Assembly: GCA_013239625.1 (NCBI GenBank)
Contig: MU053561.1
Span: 4,633,214 to 4,697,213, forward strand
Length of the DNA: 64,000 nucleotides
Source of the DNA: Lama guanicoe
Lineage: Eukaryota
Direction: 5' to 3'
Part shown: positions 38,269 to 53,231 of the stretch, in pieces
Layout of the letters: each line of letters starts with the position of its first letter
Position numbering within the stretch: position 1 is the stretch's first letter
The notes under the pieces: model-generated
The model's input: only the letters and a program-made list of their open reading frames with translations
Database searches by the model: none
Told to the model about the DNA's origin: nothing
Program-made: the position numbers and the translations under genes

Positions 38269-39692
38269 TAGTGATTCTCGAAGTTGGTCCTCGGAACCCT
38301 GGAAGGAGATTGTTTCTTATACCCTTTCAGGTGCTGGCACAGTTGAAACTGTTTTCATTGTAACACTGATTCATTTGCCTTATTCACTGTTCTGACATTT
38401 ATATTAATGATACAAAAAACAGTGATGGGTAAAACTGCTAGGCACCTTAACAGGACTTAAGATAGTACCTCCAAACTATTCTAAAAGGCATTGTATCTTT
38501 ACCACCACACACTTAGAGTAAAACTACCAAAAACAGTAAAAATCATGTTAGTTTTATGTCCTTGATGAAGCAGTAAACATTTTTAAAATCTTGCTTCTTA
38601 ATATTCTGTATGATGAAATGGGATAATGCATAAAGTGCTTCTGCTGCAGACTGAGGTGCAATAAGAGAAGTACTTGTGCAGTTGTTTGAATTCCAAGCTG
38701 AATTAGCTGCTTTTTTTCTTGGAAAATAATCTTTACTTGAAAGAATGATTAACAAACTGTGGTTTTCAGGCTTAGATATTTGACAGCCATTTTCTTAGAA
38801 ATGATTTATTTGAGCCTTGTCACTTCAAGGAAAACAGCTGACATATATTGCCAATGATGAAAATTGAGCTTTTAAATGAAAATTAGAATTTTGGAAACTT
38901 GTATCTGCTACCATGGATTTGATAGCTTCTCATTATTTAAAGGCTTTTCTAATGAGATTGGTAGTGATATTAAACACTTTTTTTTTGGTATTGTGCAATG
39001 AAATGTCAACATTTGGAAGATCTACGTAGTGAACCAATATTTTCCAAATGACCAATGCATGATGTTACAAAATCATGCATAGGAAACATTCAAAGTGAAA
39101 AATAGACCAATAGATTTTAATGTAAGGGAGCAGTAAAAGTTCATCAGTATAGTTTGAAATTTAACATTGCAACTGACATTTAGAAATAAATAAATACACT
39201 TAAAATTTTTTGAATTATATCAGAATATCCACAAATTGTCTGAAAGGCTATTAAAATAATCTTCATCTTTCTTAAGTACATAGCTGTAAGAGGCCAAGTT
39301 TTCTTTATATTCTCAAAACAACTGATCACAACAGATTTAAATGCAAAAGCATGTATTTAGGCTTCTGTTAAACTAGACACTAAATGAAATTTAAAAAGTG
39401 TGAAATCAGTGCCACTCTTTAAAAAAGATTTTGTTTTGGAAATTATAGTTTATTCTGATAAAGATGTTAAACATTCAATAAGTTTCTTTTTAAATGAATT
39501 AATGAAATATTTTTAATGAAACATTAGTTATTAACAATTATTTGTTACAATATTAAATATTTTAAAATTCTCATTTTTATTTCTAATGCTGTACATATTG
39601 ATGGATAAAGCCCATCTAAACTAGCTTTCTGAGGTCTTCAATGTTTAAGAGTGTAAGAAGGATTCTGAGACTAAAAAGTTTGAGACCTGCTT
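38269..39692. mobile_element. Charlie1a-type hAT non-autonomous transposon, apparently full length
   Basis: Termini tagtgattctcgaa ... tttgagacctgctt; 8-bp TSD ccttaaag / ctttaaag; internal gatgggtaaaactgct signature. Confidence 0.85.
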
Positions 39693-40385
39693 CTTTAAAG
39701 GGACAATAAGAAAGTGATAATGTAGAGCCACTGGAAAAAATGTCAGAACATTGAATAGTAGAAGGTGGCAGTTTCATACATTTATAGTCCTTCATTTTGG
39801 AGTACCCATCACAATTCATAAAGAGCTTGCCCCAAAACAATGTAAAGATGAAAAAAGTGCTAAGTAACTAAAGTTAACCATTTGTAAATAGCTCACTGTA
39901 GATCTATTGCCCCCCCCCCAATATTTGTGAGTGGTTGACTGAGATCTATCACTATTTTTCTGAGGACAAGTTATAAGATTGGGCTCACAGTGTTGGATAC
40001 ATTAACCTATGTCTCTTCTGTGGCCACAAACTGTACCTTCATCCCCAGCCAGTGTCTAGAATGAACATTGGTCCCAAGGGGAAGTGGGAAAAAACAAGGA
40101 TGATGACCACAAATGCATCATTTTTAGAAAAATATTTAAAGTTTATGCGTTAATGATGTGTAAATAGTGTGAATTATGCGGTACTAATGACTAATACTTT
40201 TTAAATGCTCATTGTGTGTGATTTATGTTGCTGCCTCTGAATTACTTGTCCACATGTCTTCTGTTTTTCTTTAGTTTGCTCACTTTTTTTGGTTTTGATT
40301 TGCAAGAATTCTTGATATGTTCTGTATACTGATCCTTGGTTGGCTGTTTAAGTTGAAAATTTATTCTGAACTCACTGTGGTTTGG

Positions 40386-40887
40386 TGTGGTAGCCAGCCT
40401 TTAAGATGGCCTCTGTGTTCTTCTCTCCTGGTGTTCACACCCTCCTATAGTCTCTGCTCAGTGACTCAGGCCTTCTTTGAGTGACCAGGAGAATACGGCA
40501 AAATTAACAGTTATCTCTGAGGCTTCACTAAAGGTATACAGCTTTTTCCTTACTTTCTAGGTTCCTCATTCTGGGTGAAAAGAGCTGCCACTCTAGCAGT
40601 TCTGTAAAGAACTGAGGCCTTCTGCCAACATCCAGCACCAACTTGCCAGCCATGTGAATGAGCCACTTAGGAGGTAGATCTTCCAGCATGGTCAGTCGTC
40701 TTTCAGATGTCTGCAGTCCCGGCTGACATCTGACTGAACCTCATTAGAGGCTCAGAGCCAGAACCACTTGCCATATCATTCCCAAATTCCTGACTCAAAG
40801 AAACTGTGAGAGATAATGACTTATTGTAATATTTTACCCCATTAAGTTTTTGGGTAATTTGTTCCACAGCAATAGGTAACTAATACA
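40386..40887 (+). mobile_element. MLT1F/G-type MaLR solo LTR
   Basis: tgtggtagccagcc..aagatggcc ... gcaataggtaactaataca. Confidence 0.8.
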
Positions 40888-42707
40888 CCTGACTTTTTCT
40901 TTTACTCTTTAGAATGCCGTATTTTGATGTAGGAGAGTTTTTTTAAAAATCAGTTTTTCCCTCTTTTTTCTGCCCTTATTTCTTATTGTAAAGCTATCAT
41001 AAACTTTTGTTATTCATTAAGGTAATTTAATTCCCCTTCACATATACTTTGTTCATCTTAAAGATTATCTTGACAGATCTTGATTTTTTTGCTTTTATAC
41101 ATTTTAGAATCATTTTGTGAAAAGTTCACTTAGAAAAACTTGTTAGTATTTTAAATATATAGATTAATTTGGGAGAAAGTGCTATCTTTACAATACGGTG
41201 ACTGCCTGTTCATAAATGTTGTATGCCTTTCCATTTGGTTAAATCTTTTAGTTTTGAATATCATACAGTATTTTTCTCTAGAAAAATCTTGCATATCTTT
41301 TGTGAGTTATTCCTATATACTTTATATTTTATTTTTACTAATAAATGGTTTCCCTTAAATTACATTTAGCTGTGTTTGCTTTGTTTTCTTGTTTTTCCTT
41401 TTCCTTTTTATTTTTTAAATATCTGAAGTATTCTGATTTCATATTTATATTTGATAATTCTATTATCTGAAGTTCTTGAGATCTCATTTTACTATTACTT
41501 GCTTCTGTCTACTTGCTTCTGATTATAATAGATGGTGTCTTCCAGTGTTTTTGTAGTTTTGGATTGTGAGCATGTTTATTAGGGGTTTAACTATAAATCC
41601 TGCTTGACCTGGTGTTTGGGAGCGAGCCTCCAAAGAGTTTTTGCTTCTTTCAGGTGCCACCAATGCAAAATCACTGAAGTTTTTAGTTTGGTGTTGCTTG
41701 GAACTGGCAGATGTTGGTTTGGAGTTTACTTTATAGGCTAACTTGTATTTGGTACTTCTCAGGAGAAATTTTTTGTTTCACTCTGAAACCAGATAGTAAC
41801 ATTTTTTTCCTATGCTATTGGTCAGATTTATTAATTTTTTTAAGTTTTACGATCATTATTTGCTTATGCACCCTTATAACTGAGAGTATAATCTTTCAAG
41901 CCCACTTTCTGAAGAGACTCTTGGTTCTAATTACTTTACACAGGCTTTTCCATTCTTTGTTTACTCCCATGTTTGTACATCCTAAAAAAGAATTGCTAAG
42001 AGTAAAATTTCTGAGCCTTTGCATTTTTGATCTTCTCTTTATTTTATTCTTGCATTTAAATGGTAGTTTGACTGCATATGAAATTCTAGGTTAAATTTTT
42101 TTTTTCCCTCAGAATTTTGAAAACATCTCTTTCAGTGTCTTAAAGTAATCAGCATGGCTGATGCTAGTCTGATTTTTGCTCCTTTGTACAACCCCAGTTG
42201 GGTTTTGTTTGTTTAATTTACCTCTTGGAACCTTTTAATATCTATCCTTGTTCTGAAATACAGTGATGTGTCTGTTTTTTTTTTCTTTCATCATTTTTAA
42301 AAATGCACTGTGCTTTTTCACTTAGTCTTATAATTTTCATTTATGGTAAAAAGAAAATTTAAACTTAAAATTTTTTCATTTGGACCCCCTCCCTTCATAC
42401 TCTTCCTGCTTGATCCCCACACCCCCGTTCTTTTTGGAACTGTTACTGTTTGAATGTTAGCACTTCTAGGTTCATACTCTTACTTTTTCTCTTGTGCTTT
42501 CCTTCTCTTTGTTTTCTTATTCAACTGATGTTCTGAAAGATCTCCTTAACTTTATTTTCTGATCTTTTTTTTTCTTTTTATCTTGATCTCTTTTTGTCTT
42601 GAGACTTCCTCAAGCAGTGGATAATCCTTGATTCTCTTATTTGAGTAGGGCACTAAAATTCTAATTGGAAGTTCTGTACTTGTTAATTGTTGGACCTTAC
42701 TTTAGAT

Positions 42708-43370
42708 CAGGGGTTGGCAAAATATGGCCCATGGGTCAAATCTAGCTTGCTGCCTGGTTTTGTATGACTTGTGAGCTAATGATGTTTTTTACATTTCAAA
42801 TTGTTGAAAAAAATCAAGAGTTTTTTGTCCTATGTGAAAATTTTATGAAATTCATGTTTGTGTTCATAAAGTAAAATTTTGGAACACAGTTATACCCATT
42901 TATTTATGTATTGTATATGATTGCTTTCATACTACGATGGCAGCATGAGTAGTTGTGACAGACTATCTGGTACTCATTGCTTTGTACTGCTTTTGGGGCA
43001 CTACAAATTGCAGTGATGAAGTTATAACTCGATAGGTATATGTATGGCTGTAGCAGAACATTTACAAAAATACTTCAATTACTGGTGTATACCTATCTTT
43101 TCAAATGAGAGAAGAGAAAAGTGGATTTCAAACGTCACAGTTTTAAAGCACAGTGGAATGTGGGTTATTTTGTTTTGAATTAGATGGCAAAGTGTTTATT
43201 ATACACTTTTACTATAGCTTTGCTAAAAGAGTACAACATATGTGGATAATTCCAGACTAAGTACCAGACATAGTATTCCCAAGTCACAGGAAAGCAATGG
43301 ACAGAGAAATTAGAAAATTTAAAATGGAATATCTCATCATAGCAGAATTTCTTAAAAAATGTAACCAAGA
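42708..43370 (+). mobile_element. MER58/Cheshire-type hAT element 5' portion
   Basis: TIR caggggttggcaaa; decayed transposase start (KRKVDF...FKAQWNVGYF) near 43110. Confidence 0.65.
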
Positions 43371-46300
43371 TTTTTTTACTTTGAAATATGGTTTAGAAGT
43401 AGAAATTTGTCATGGCTGAAATTCATTGCTTTTACTCTTAAAGATGCCTGGGAGCTGAGGATCTCATGTGCATGATATGTGACTGATTTTGGCTCATGCT
43501 TTTGGCTGCAATCCAGGCTCTTTTAACATTGATCCAGTTTTCTCTTTCTCTGTTTTCCACCCCCAGTTTTGTTGTATGGTTTCAAGGTAGGATATCTGAA
43601 TTAGTACCAGCAGGACAGAATTAGATATGGGCAGGTTTGTTTGAATCTGACTAGACTTCTCTTTCCTTATCTGTAAAATAACATCGGCTCCAAGTTAAAA
43701 TTTTTTCATGTTGTTGTATTTACTTATAAAAATTCTTTCAGGTTATGGTATCCTCAAAAAAAATTTTTTTAAACAAATGAACCCACTGAGGCAGATGTAA
43801 AATTTTACCTAAATGTGGCTTTCCCATGTAATAGACCATCTTCGGATAGATACCTTCAGGGGCTAGGCAGGTTAACTAGTATAAGGCTTACAGAGTATAA
43901 AAGCTTGTGTAGCCTAAAAGCAGTAAAATTTGAACTTTATTAAAAAAAAAAAAAAGCTCTTTCCTGGCCAGATAATACCAGGCAGACTACCACTTTTCTA
44001 CCTTTGTTCTTATTCAGAATCTGGTTAGTCACTTTTATTTGAGTTGAACATAATTAATTTACAATTAGTTTGACTGATACCATAGTTTTAAAAGTTGAAG
44101 TACTATGTAAACTTTTCCTTTAGAGTATTTCAGTAAATGCTATTGTGGTATTTTGATAATAAGAATTAAGCATCATTAGAAACATCAGTATTGTTTTTGC
44201 CATCTAGTTAGAGAAGAAAAAAACGCAGAGAATTTTCAAAGTATGAATTGTGTACTCAAATTTGGTAAGTGGATTGAAATGCTAGAAAATGGTGATTAGC
44301 AAGATCACAAAAGCCTATTTAACCTATAATATAGGTGCCTTCATAATTTTACTAATTCTGTACCAAACCATGTTTTGATATACTTCTGAAATTTAACTAC
44401 GTGTTTCACTTTTAGAAACACTTGGGTTTTTACATGTTCAAAGTGGAGTTAGATCAGTGGTTCTCAGATGGTATGTCATAGCATGTTACACTTGAGCATT
44501 TCATAGGTCTACTGCCAAATTTTGAACAGTGTGAAATTAATTTTTGTTACAATTGCACATTTGATGTCTGTTTGATAAACTATTGAGTCCAGTGGATCAT
44601 TTAATATGGCATAAGACATAATGGAACTTGCTTATCTTTGCAGAAGCTTGGGAAAAGGCAATCTTATGCCAAAGAAAAGTTGTATGAAAACTTTCCTTTT
44701 ATAGTAGAGAGCATGGTAGTAAACAGATTTACTCATACAGAATAGTTTTGTGATGAGAGTCTAAAGTATTGGTTTATTTTTAATGATATGTATAATTTTT
44801 AAAGTAAATATCCTATTGAAATATACATAAATAAAAGTGTAAAAATCTTAAGTATATAGTCCAGTAAATATACATAAAGTAAGAACATTTGTAAATCCAG
44901 CAACCACAGTGAGAAAGTACACTATTAGCACCCTATAAGTCTATGCCCTTTGTGTCCCCTTCCAGTTACTACCTATGATCCTGACTTCTAACAACATGGG
45001 TTAATTTGCTGGTTTTAAAACTTTTAAAAATAGAACAAAACAAAGTGCACTCGTTTGACTGACAGCTTCTGCTTAGCATTGTAAGATTATTCACATTGCT
45101 TGTGATTGTAGTTCATTGTCTTCACAGCATTCGTTTTATAAATATACTAAAATTTATTCATCCATTCAAATGTTGGTGGATATTATTTTTTGTTGTTGTT
45201 TTTTTACTATTTACTAGTCATTTTTTTTTCCTATTATGAATGTGTTTAACGTGTCTCTTGGGGAACATACGCACACATTCTGTTGATTATGCATCTTAGG
45301 GTGGACTTTCCGAGTCATTAGTTGCACATGCATTCAGCTTTACTAAATATTGCCAGTTTTCTTAAGTGGTTGTATCAATTTATAATACTGCCAGTAATGT
45401 TTGTGATTTTTTTTTGCTTCATATTCTTGCTGATACTTGATATTTTCTGTCTTTTTTTGCATTTTAGCTATTCTGATGGATATGTAGTAGTATAACTCTG
45501 TAGTTTAACTTGTGTTTCCCTGATAAACTGTAAAATTGAGTACCTTTTTGTATGTTTATTGGCCTTTGGATATCTTTTATTGTGATATGCCTGTTCAAGT
45601 TGCGCCCATATATTTTTCCTATGGATTGTTTGCGTTTTCCCAAATGCTTTTGTGGAATTCTTTATATATTCCAAGCATGAGTCTGTTGTCAGATATACAT
45701 CCTATTCTTTGGCTAGCCTATTTAATTGTATTTTAAAAAGTTGAATTTTTTTTTTGCTTTTGAATAAGTAGTACTTTCACTTGGGCTCAAAAGTTTTAAA
45801 ATTATGCAAAGCTAAATAGTGAAAAGTCTTCTTCCCACCCCTTGTCCTCATTCAGTTCTTATCTTCTCTAACGTATAGCATGTGTTAATAGTTTATTTAT
45901 CCTCTCAGTGCACTCAGATGGTTTTCGGCAAGGATGCCAAATCCATTTAGTTGGGGTAAGAATCATTTCTGCAAATAATGTTGGGACAACTGGATTTCCA
46001 CAAGCAGAAGAATGAATTTGGACCCCTACCTCCCGCCATATTAAAAAAAATTAACTCAAAATGGATCAACAACCTAAATATAAGAGCTAAACCTATGAAA
46101 CCTTATAAAAAATTTCACAAGTAGGCTTTATTTTTTAGACTAATTTTAGGTCCACAGCAAAGTTAAATTACAGAGAGTTCCCATACACCCCGTTCCCCCC
46201 ACATACCCAGACTCTCGCACTAACAACATCTTCCACCATGATGATACATTTATTACAAGCAGTGACCCTACACTGAAACTTCATTATCACCCAAAGTCCA

Positions 46301-46876
46301 TAGTTTACATTAAGGTTTGCTCTGTATTTTATGTTCTATAGGTTTGGACAAATGTATAATGACATGGACTTACCATTATAGTAATTTACAGACTAGTTTC
46401 ACTGCATTAAAAATATTGCATTCCCTTGATTCATCCCTGCCTTTCTTCAGCCACTGGCAACTACTGATCCTTTTATTGTTTCCATAGTTTTGCCTTTTCC
46501 AGAATGTCATATAGTTGGATTCATACAGTATTTAGCCTTATCAAATTGGTTTGTGTTTTTTATATATGTATATATTAGCTCAATTTTATTATTTTATTCA
46601 TTTGATACAAATCTTTTGTATCCCTAGTCAATTTGTCTACTTTATCAGTTTCTGAATGAGATGTGTTAAAATTTCTCACTATGATTATGGATTAGGTTCT
46701 CATTTTAATTCTGTCAACATTCAGTTTATATATTTGGAGCTATATTTTTAGATACATAGAGTCTTTCCTTTTAGTGAATGGCTATTTGTTATTCATTAAG
46801 TAATGCATCTCTTTGTCTTTATTAATGCTTTTGACTTTAAATTCCATTTTGCCTGTTCTGTCTATTTCTCCACCCA

Positions 46877-48600
46877 ATTTTTTTAAATTGAAGTATAGTC
46901 AGTTTACAGTTTTGTGTCAATTTCAGGTGTACAGCATAATAGTTCAGTCATTTATATACATACATACATTTATTTTCATATTCTTTTTCACTATAGATTA
47001 TTACTACAAGATACTGAATATAGTTCTCTGTGCTAGACAGTATAAACTTGTTTATTTTATATATAGTAGTTAGTATCTGTAAATCTCAAACTCCCAATTT
47101 ATCACTTCCTACCTCTTTCCTCCACCGATAACCGTAAATTTGTTTTCTATGTGAGTGTGTTTCTGTTTCGTAAATAAGTTTGTCTTTTTTTTAGATTCAC
47201 ATATAAGTGATACCATATGGTATTTTTCTTTCTCTTTCTGGCTTATTTCACTTAGAATGACAATCTCTAGGTTCATCCATGTTGCTGCAAATGGCATTAT
47301 TTTATTTTTTATGGCTGAATTGTATAAATATATAAAAACTTATTTATCCAGTCATCTGTTGATGGACATTTAGCTTGTTTCCATGTCTTGACTATTGTAA
47401 ATGGTGCTGCTGTGAACCTTGGGGTAAATTTATCTTTTTGAATTAAAGTTCCCTCTGGATATATCCAGGAGTAGGATTTCTGTATCATATGGTAAGTCTA
47501 CTTTTAGTTTTTTGAGGACTCTCCATACTGTTTTCCATAATGGCTATACCAAACTACCCTCCTGTAGAAGGATCTCCTTTGCTCCACATTTTCTGCAGTA
47601 TTTATCGTTTGTGGACTTTTGAATGATGGCCATTCTGACTGTTTTGAGGTGATTGATACCTCATTGTAGTTTGATTTGCATTTCTCTTAAAATTAATGAT
47701 AATGAGCATTTTTTTCATGTGCCTATTGGCCATTTGTATGCCTTCATTGGAGAATTGCTTGTTTAGGTCTTCTGCCCATTTTTGGATTGGGGTTTTTTAA
47801 AATTTTCTTATTGAGTTGTATGAGCTGTTTATGTATTCTGGAAATTAAGCCCTTGTCAGTCTCATCTTTTGCAAATGTTTTCTCCCATTCCGTAGGTGGT
47901 TGTTTTGTTTTGCTTATGGTTTCCTTCACTGGGCAAAATAAGTTATAAGTTATAATAAGTTTAATTAGGTCCCATTTGGTTTTCTTTTTGCTTTTATTTT
48001 TATTGCCTGGGTAGACTGCCCTAGTAGGACATTGCTAAGATTTATGTCAGAGAATGTTTTACTTATGTTTTCTTCTGAGAGATTTATAGTGTCTTGCCTT
48101 ATGTTTAAGTCTTTAAGCCATTTTGAGTTTATTTTTGTGTATGGTGTGAGGAAGTATTCTAACTTCATTAACTAATATGCAACTGTCCAGTTTTCCCAAC
48201 ACCATTTGCTGAAGAGACTCTCTTTACTCCATTGTATATTCTTGCCTCCTTTGTCAAAGATTAATTGACTCAAGGTCTGTGAGTTTATTTCTAGGCTCTC
48301 TGTTATATGTTCCATTGATCCATATGTCTGTTTTTGTACCAATACCATGTTGTTTTGATTACTGTAGCTCTGTAGTATTGTCTGAAGTCTGAAAGTGTTA
48401 TTCTTCCAGCTTCATACTTTTTCTTCAGTATTGCTTCAGCAATTCTGGGTCTTTTGTGATTTCCATATAAGTTTTAGGATTATTTGTTCTAGTTCTGTGA
48501 AAAATATCCTGAGTAATTTGATAGGGAGCGCATTAAATTTGTAGATTACTTTGGGTAGTATGGCCCATTTTAACAATATTAATTCTTCCAATCCAAGAAC
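46877..48600 (-). mobile_element. L1 3' fragment nested within an older sense-strand L1M (~45915-46110 and ~48601-49250)
   Basis: ORF2 peptides [18 protein letters not shown] and [17 protein letters not shown] on minus; flanking plus-strand L1 is collinear across the insertion. Confidence 0.85.
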
Positions 48601-49769
48601 ATGTAAACCCATAAAAATTTTAAAAGAAAACGTGGGGTAAATCTTCATGACTTTGGATTTGGTAATGGATTCTTGATATGACACCGGAAGTGTGAGCAAC
48701 AAAAGAAAAAATCAATAAACTGGACTTTATCAAAAATTAAAAATTTTGTACACCAAAGGATATTGTCAAGGAGGTAAAAAAACAACCTACAAAATGAGAG
48801 ACTCAGATAAGAATCTACTACCTGGAATATATAAAGAATGCTTACAACATAAGAATAAACACAGAATCCAATTAAATAATGAGCAAAAGATCTGAACAGA
48901 CAATTCTCCAAAGAAGATATACATGTGGCGAATAAGTACGTGAAAAGATTCTCAAGGTCATTAGTCATTAAAGATGTAAATCAAAACCATGAGATGCCAC
49001 TTCACATCTACTAGGATGTTTCTAATAAAGAAATCAGAAAGTGTTGGCAAAGATATGGAGAAATTAGAACCCTGTACATTGCTGGTAGGGATGTAAGATG
49101 GTGTTGCCACTGTGGAAAACAGATTGGTGGTGATGGTTGGATGGTTGCATAACACTGTGAATGTAATTGATGCTACAGAATTGGATACACAAAAATGGTT
49201 AAAATAGTGAATTTTGTGTATATATATCTTACCACAAACAAAAAAAAGAACTAAAAAATATTTGGTTTTCCTTCCAGAGATTATAAAACTGTTTAGAATC
49301 AGTTCTCAGTATTTGTGAATTCTGGGTTTTAGAATTTTCCTACTCACTAAAATTTATTTGTAACCCCAAAATCAATCATTGTGGCACTTTCTCATTTGTG
49401 ACATTGTGCAAAATGGCAGAAAATTCAAGTTGTGCAATGCATGTGTTCCCTGCTCAGGGAGAATAAGGTAGTTGTCTGCCTTTTTTCAACTTTCATGCTG
49501 GAGACTGCTATCCTTCTTGTGGTTTATTTTGTGACATGTTTTCCTCATTTTTATGCTTTTTTTGAAAGACTTGACACTATGTAAATACAAATAAAAACCA
49601 TTTTTCTCTTTTATATAAATAACATTATTTAATTTTTTCACTTAAAAATATATCTCAGAGATATTTTTTGACCTGGAATCTATTTGATCTGATATTAAGA
49701 TAAGGCTTTAAAAATGTATCAAAATATATATAAGGGCTTTATTGAGATAAAATGTACAAACCATATACA

Positions 49770-50063
49770 TTACTCCTCAGTATCCTCAGGATATTGGTTC
49801 CAGGACCCCAGACCAAAATCCGAGGATGCTCAAGTCTCTTATAAAATGGTGTAGTATTTGCATATAATCTATACTTTAAATCATCTCTAGATTACTTATA
49901 AAATCTAACACAATGTAAATGCTATGTAAATAGTTGCCGACATGTGGCAAATTAAAATTTTGCTTTCTGAATTTTCTGGAAGTGTTTTCTTTTTTGAATG
50001 TCTTTTAATCTGTGGTTGGTTGAACCTGGAGATGTGGAACCCACTGATACAGAGTGCCCATTG
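49770..50063 (+). mobile_element. MER2-type Tigger MITE
   Basis: attggttccaggacccc..accaaaatccgaggatgctcaagtc. Confidence 0.8.
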
Positions 50064-51465
50064 GTAATTCATGCATTTAAAGTGTGATTTTTAGTGTATT
50101 CACAGAATTGTGTAACTATCACCTCAGTCAATTTTAGAACATTTTCATCACCCCAAAAAGAAACATTATACCCATTAATGGTCACTCCCCATTAACCCAC
50201 AGTAACCACTCCCAGATCTAGACAACCACTGATCTACCTTTTTGTCTCTGTAGATTGCCTGTTCTGTACATTTCATATAAATGGGATTATAGAGTATGTG
50301 GTCTCTTGTGACTGTTTATTTAGCACAAAACTTTCATGGTTCATACATGCTGTAGCAGTGTCAGTACATTATTCTTTTTAAATAATATTCCATTTTATGG
50401 CTGTTTCTCTTTTTGTTTATTCATCAGTTAACGAACATTTGATTTGCTTTCCCTTTTTGGACTGTTATGCATAATGCTGTGAACAATTTTTGTTCAATTT
50501 TTGCATGAACGTATGTTTTAATTTTTCTTGTATATGTATTTAGGAGTGGAATTTTTGGATTGTATTATAACTCTATATTTAATCTTTTGAGGAACTGCCA
50601 GATGTTTTCCAGTGCGGCTATAATATTATACATTCCATCAGCACTGTGTATGAGGGTCCATTTTTTTCATAATCTTGCTAACAGTTGTTATTATGTCTTT
50701 TTTATTAGAGCTCTCCGGGTGGTTGTGAAGTAGTATTTCATTGTGGTTTTGATTTGCATTTTCCTAATGGCTCATGATGTTGAGCATCTTCTCAAGTGCT
50801 TATTGTATTTATATATCTTCTTTGAGGAAATGTCTGTTCATATTTTTGCCCATTTTTTAGTTGGATTATTTGACATCAAGTTCTCATATTTCTTTGTATA
50901 TTCCAGATAGTAAACTTAGATCTGATTTGCATGTATCTTCTGTCATTCACTTTTTTGATGATATCATTTGCTACACATAAGTATTTTTAAACATTTGATT
51001 TTTTAAAAAACTTTTTTGTGGAAAAATATGTAACAAAATTTTTGCCACTTTACCCATTATTAAGCATACAACTCATCAACGTGAGTTACATTCAGTGTTG
51101 GCAGCACAAAGGTTTTATGCTAATACCGAACGTTGATGAAGTCCAATTAATTTTTTTCTTCTGTGCTCTTGTGTTTGATGTCATATCTAAAATAGCATTT
51201 CTTAACCCAAGGTCATAAAGATGCACACTTATGTTTTCTAAGAGGTTTACAGTTTTAGCTCTTACATTTGGATCCATGATGCAGTTGAAATAATTTTCGT
51301 ATGTAAAATTTGTATGTGAGGTAAAGATCCAGCTTCAGTATTTTGCATATGGATATTTATTGTCCTAGCAACATTTATTGAAAAGATTCTTCTTTCTGTA
51401 TTGAATTGTCTTAACATCCATAAAAGTGAATTTTTATTTCTGGGCTTTTCCATTCCATTCATCTA

Positions 51466-51801
51466 CAGTTGGCCCTCCATATCCACAGGTTTCACATTTG
51501 TGGATTCAACCAGCTGTAGATGATAATATTCAGAAAAAAATTTTCAGAAAGTTATGAAGAGTGAAAACACCCGGGCAACTATTTACATAGCATTTGTGTT
51601 GTATTTGCACCTATGTACATAGCATATATGTTGTATTAGGTATTATAAGTAATCTAAAGATGATTTAAAGTATATAGAATGATGTGTGTAGGTTATATAC
51701 AAATATTATTTCATTTTATGTAAGGGACTTGAGCATCTACAGATTTTGATATCCATGGGGGTCCTGGAACCAATCCTCCCATGAATAGCAGGGTACAACT
51801 A
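51466..51801 (-). mobile_element. MER2-type Tigger MITE
   Basis: cagttggccctccatatcc ... gggtcctggaaccaatcc..gggtacaact. Confidence 0.8.
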
Positions 51802-52095
51802 TTTATGTGCATCCTTGTACTTGTAGCAATTGTCTTGCCTACTGTAGGTTTGTAGTAAGATTTGAATTTGGTAGTAAATCCCCAACTTCATTCTTTTTGA
51901 AGTTTATTGTAGCTATTCTGGGTCCCTTGACTTTCCATATAAATTTTAGCATTGACCTGTCAATTTCTGCAAAGAAGCCAACCAAGATTTTGATAGAGAT
52001 TATATGTTGAAGTTGTAAGTCAGTTTTGATAAGTATTGCCATCTTAACAATATTAAGTCTTCTGATCCATGTACCTAGGAGATCTTTACATTTAC

Positions 52096-52520
52096 CAACA
52101 TACTTTGCTTTGTTGTGCTTTGCAGATACTGTGGTTTTTGCAAATTGAAGTTTGTGGTAACTCTGCATCAAGCAAGACAGTAAGCACCATTTTTCCAACA
52201 GCATTTGCTCACTTCATGTCTCTGTGTCACATTTTGGTAATTTTCACAATATTTCAAACCCTTCACCAGCAGTAAGATTATGACTTGCTGAAGGCTCAGA
52301 TGATGGTTAGTATTTTTTAGCAATAAAGTATTTTTAAATTAAGGTATGTACTTTTTTTTAACATATAATGCTGTTATACACTTAATAGACTACAGTACAG
52401 CATAAACATAACTTTTATATGTAATGTGAAACCAAAAAATTTATGTGACTTGCTTTATTGTGATACTTGCTTATTGTGATGGTCTGTAATCAAACCCACA
52501 GTGTCTTCAAGGTATACCTG
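52096..52520 (+). mobile_element. Internally deleted Tigger1
   Basis: Homologous to 2756-4228; ends aggtatacctg followed by TA. Confidence 0.85.
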
Positions 52521-52607
52521 TATTTAGATCTTCTATAATTTCCTTCAACAGTATTTTATAGTTTTCAGAATATAGGTTTTATGCTTTAAGAAATTTGTGT
52601 CTGAGTA

Positions 52608-52844
52608 CAGCTGACCGTTAAACAATGTGAGGGTTGAGTGCCAATCCTCCATGCAGGTGAAAGTCTGTGTATAACTTAATAGTCCACCCTCTGTATACAT
52701 GGTTTATTTCCTCCATATCCATGGTTCCACATCTGCAGATTCAACCAACTGTGAATTGTGTGGTACTGTAGTATTTAGTATTGAAAAAAATCTGTGTGTA
52801 AGTAGACCCGTGCAGTTCAAACCTATGCTGTTCAGGGTCAACTG
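52608..52844. mobile_element. MER8-type Tigger MITE
   Basis: TA-cagctgaccgttaaaca ... tgttcagggtcaactg-TA; 237 bp. Confidence 0.8.
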
Positions 52845-53154
52845 TATTGTGTTCTTTCTAATGCTATTGTAATTGAAATTGTCTTCTTAATTTCATTTCT
52901 TGGAGATTGTTAGTTCATATTCATTTTTCACTCACTGCATAAAAATATAATTGAGTTTTGTACATTGATCTTTCATTCTTCAGTAGATTCTGGGGATTAG
53001 AAGTACTGTAATTAGTATAGCTACTACCTTCCTTATGGCTGCTATTTGGGTGATATCTTTTCCCACCCTTCTACTTTGAACCTATTTGTGTATTTGAATC
53101 TAAATTGTATCTTTTGTAGACAGTGTGTAGTTGGGTTTTAGTTTTGGTTTTGGT

Positions 53155-53231
53155 TTTAATACAATCTCTGTCAAACAATCTCTGTCTTTTGGTCTTTAAT
53201 ACAATCTCTGTCAAACAATCTCTGTCTTTTG
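53155..53231. repeat. 40-bp tandem duplication with internal acaatctctgtc repeat
   Basis: tttaatacaatctctgtcaaacaatctctgtcttttg twice. Confidence 0.9.
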
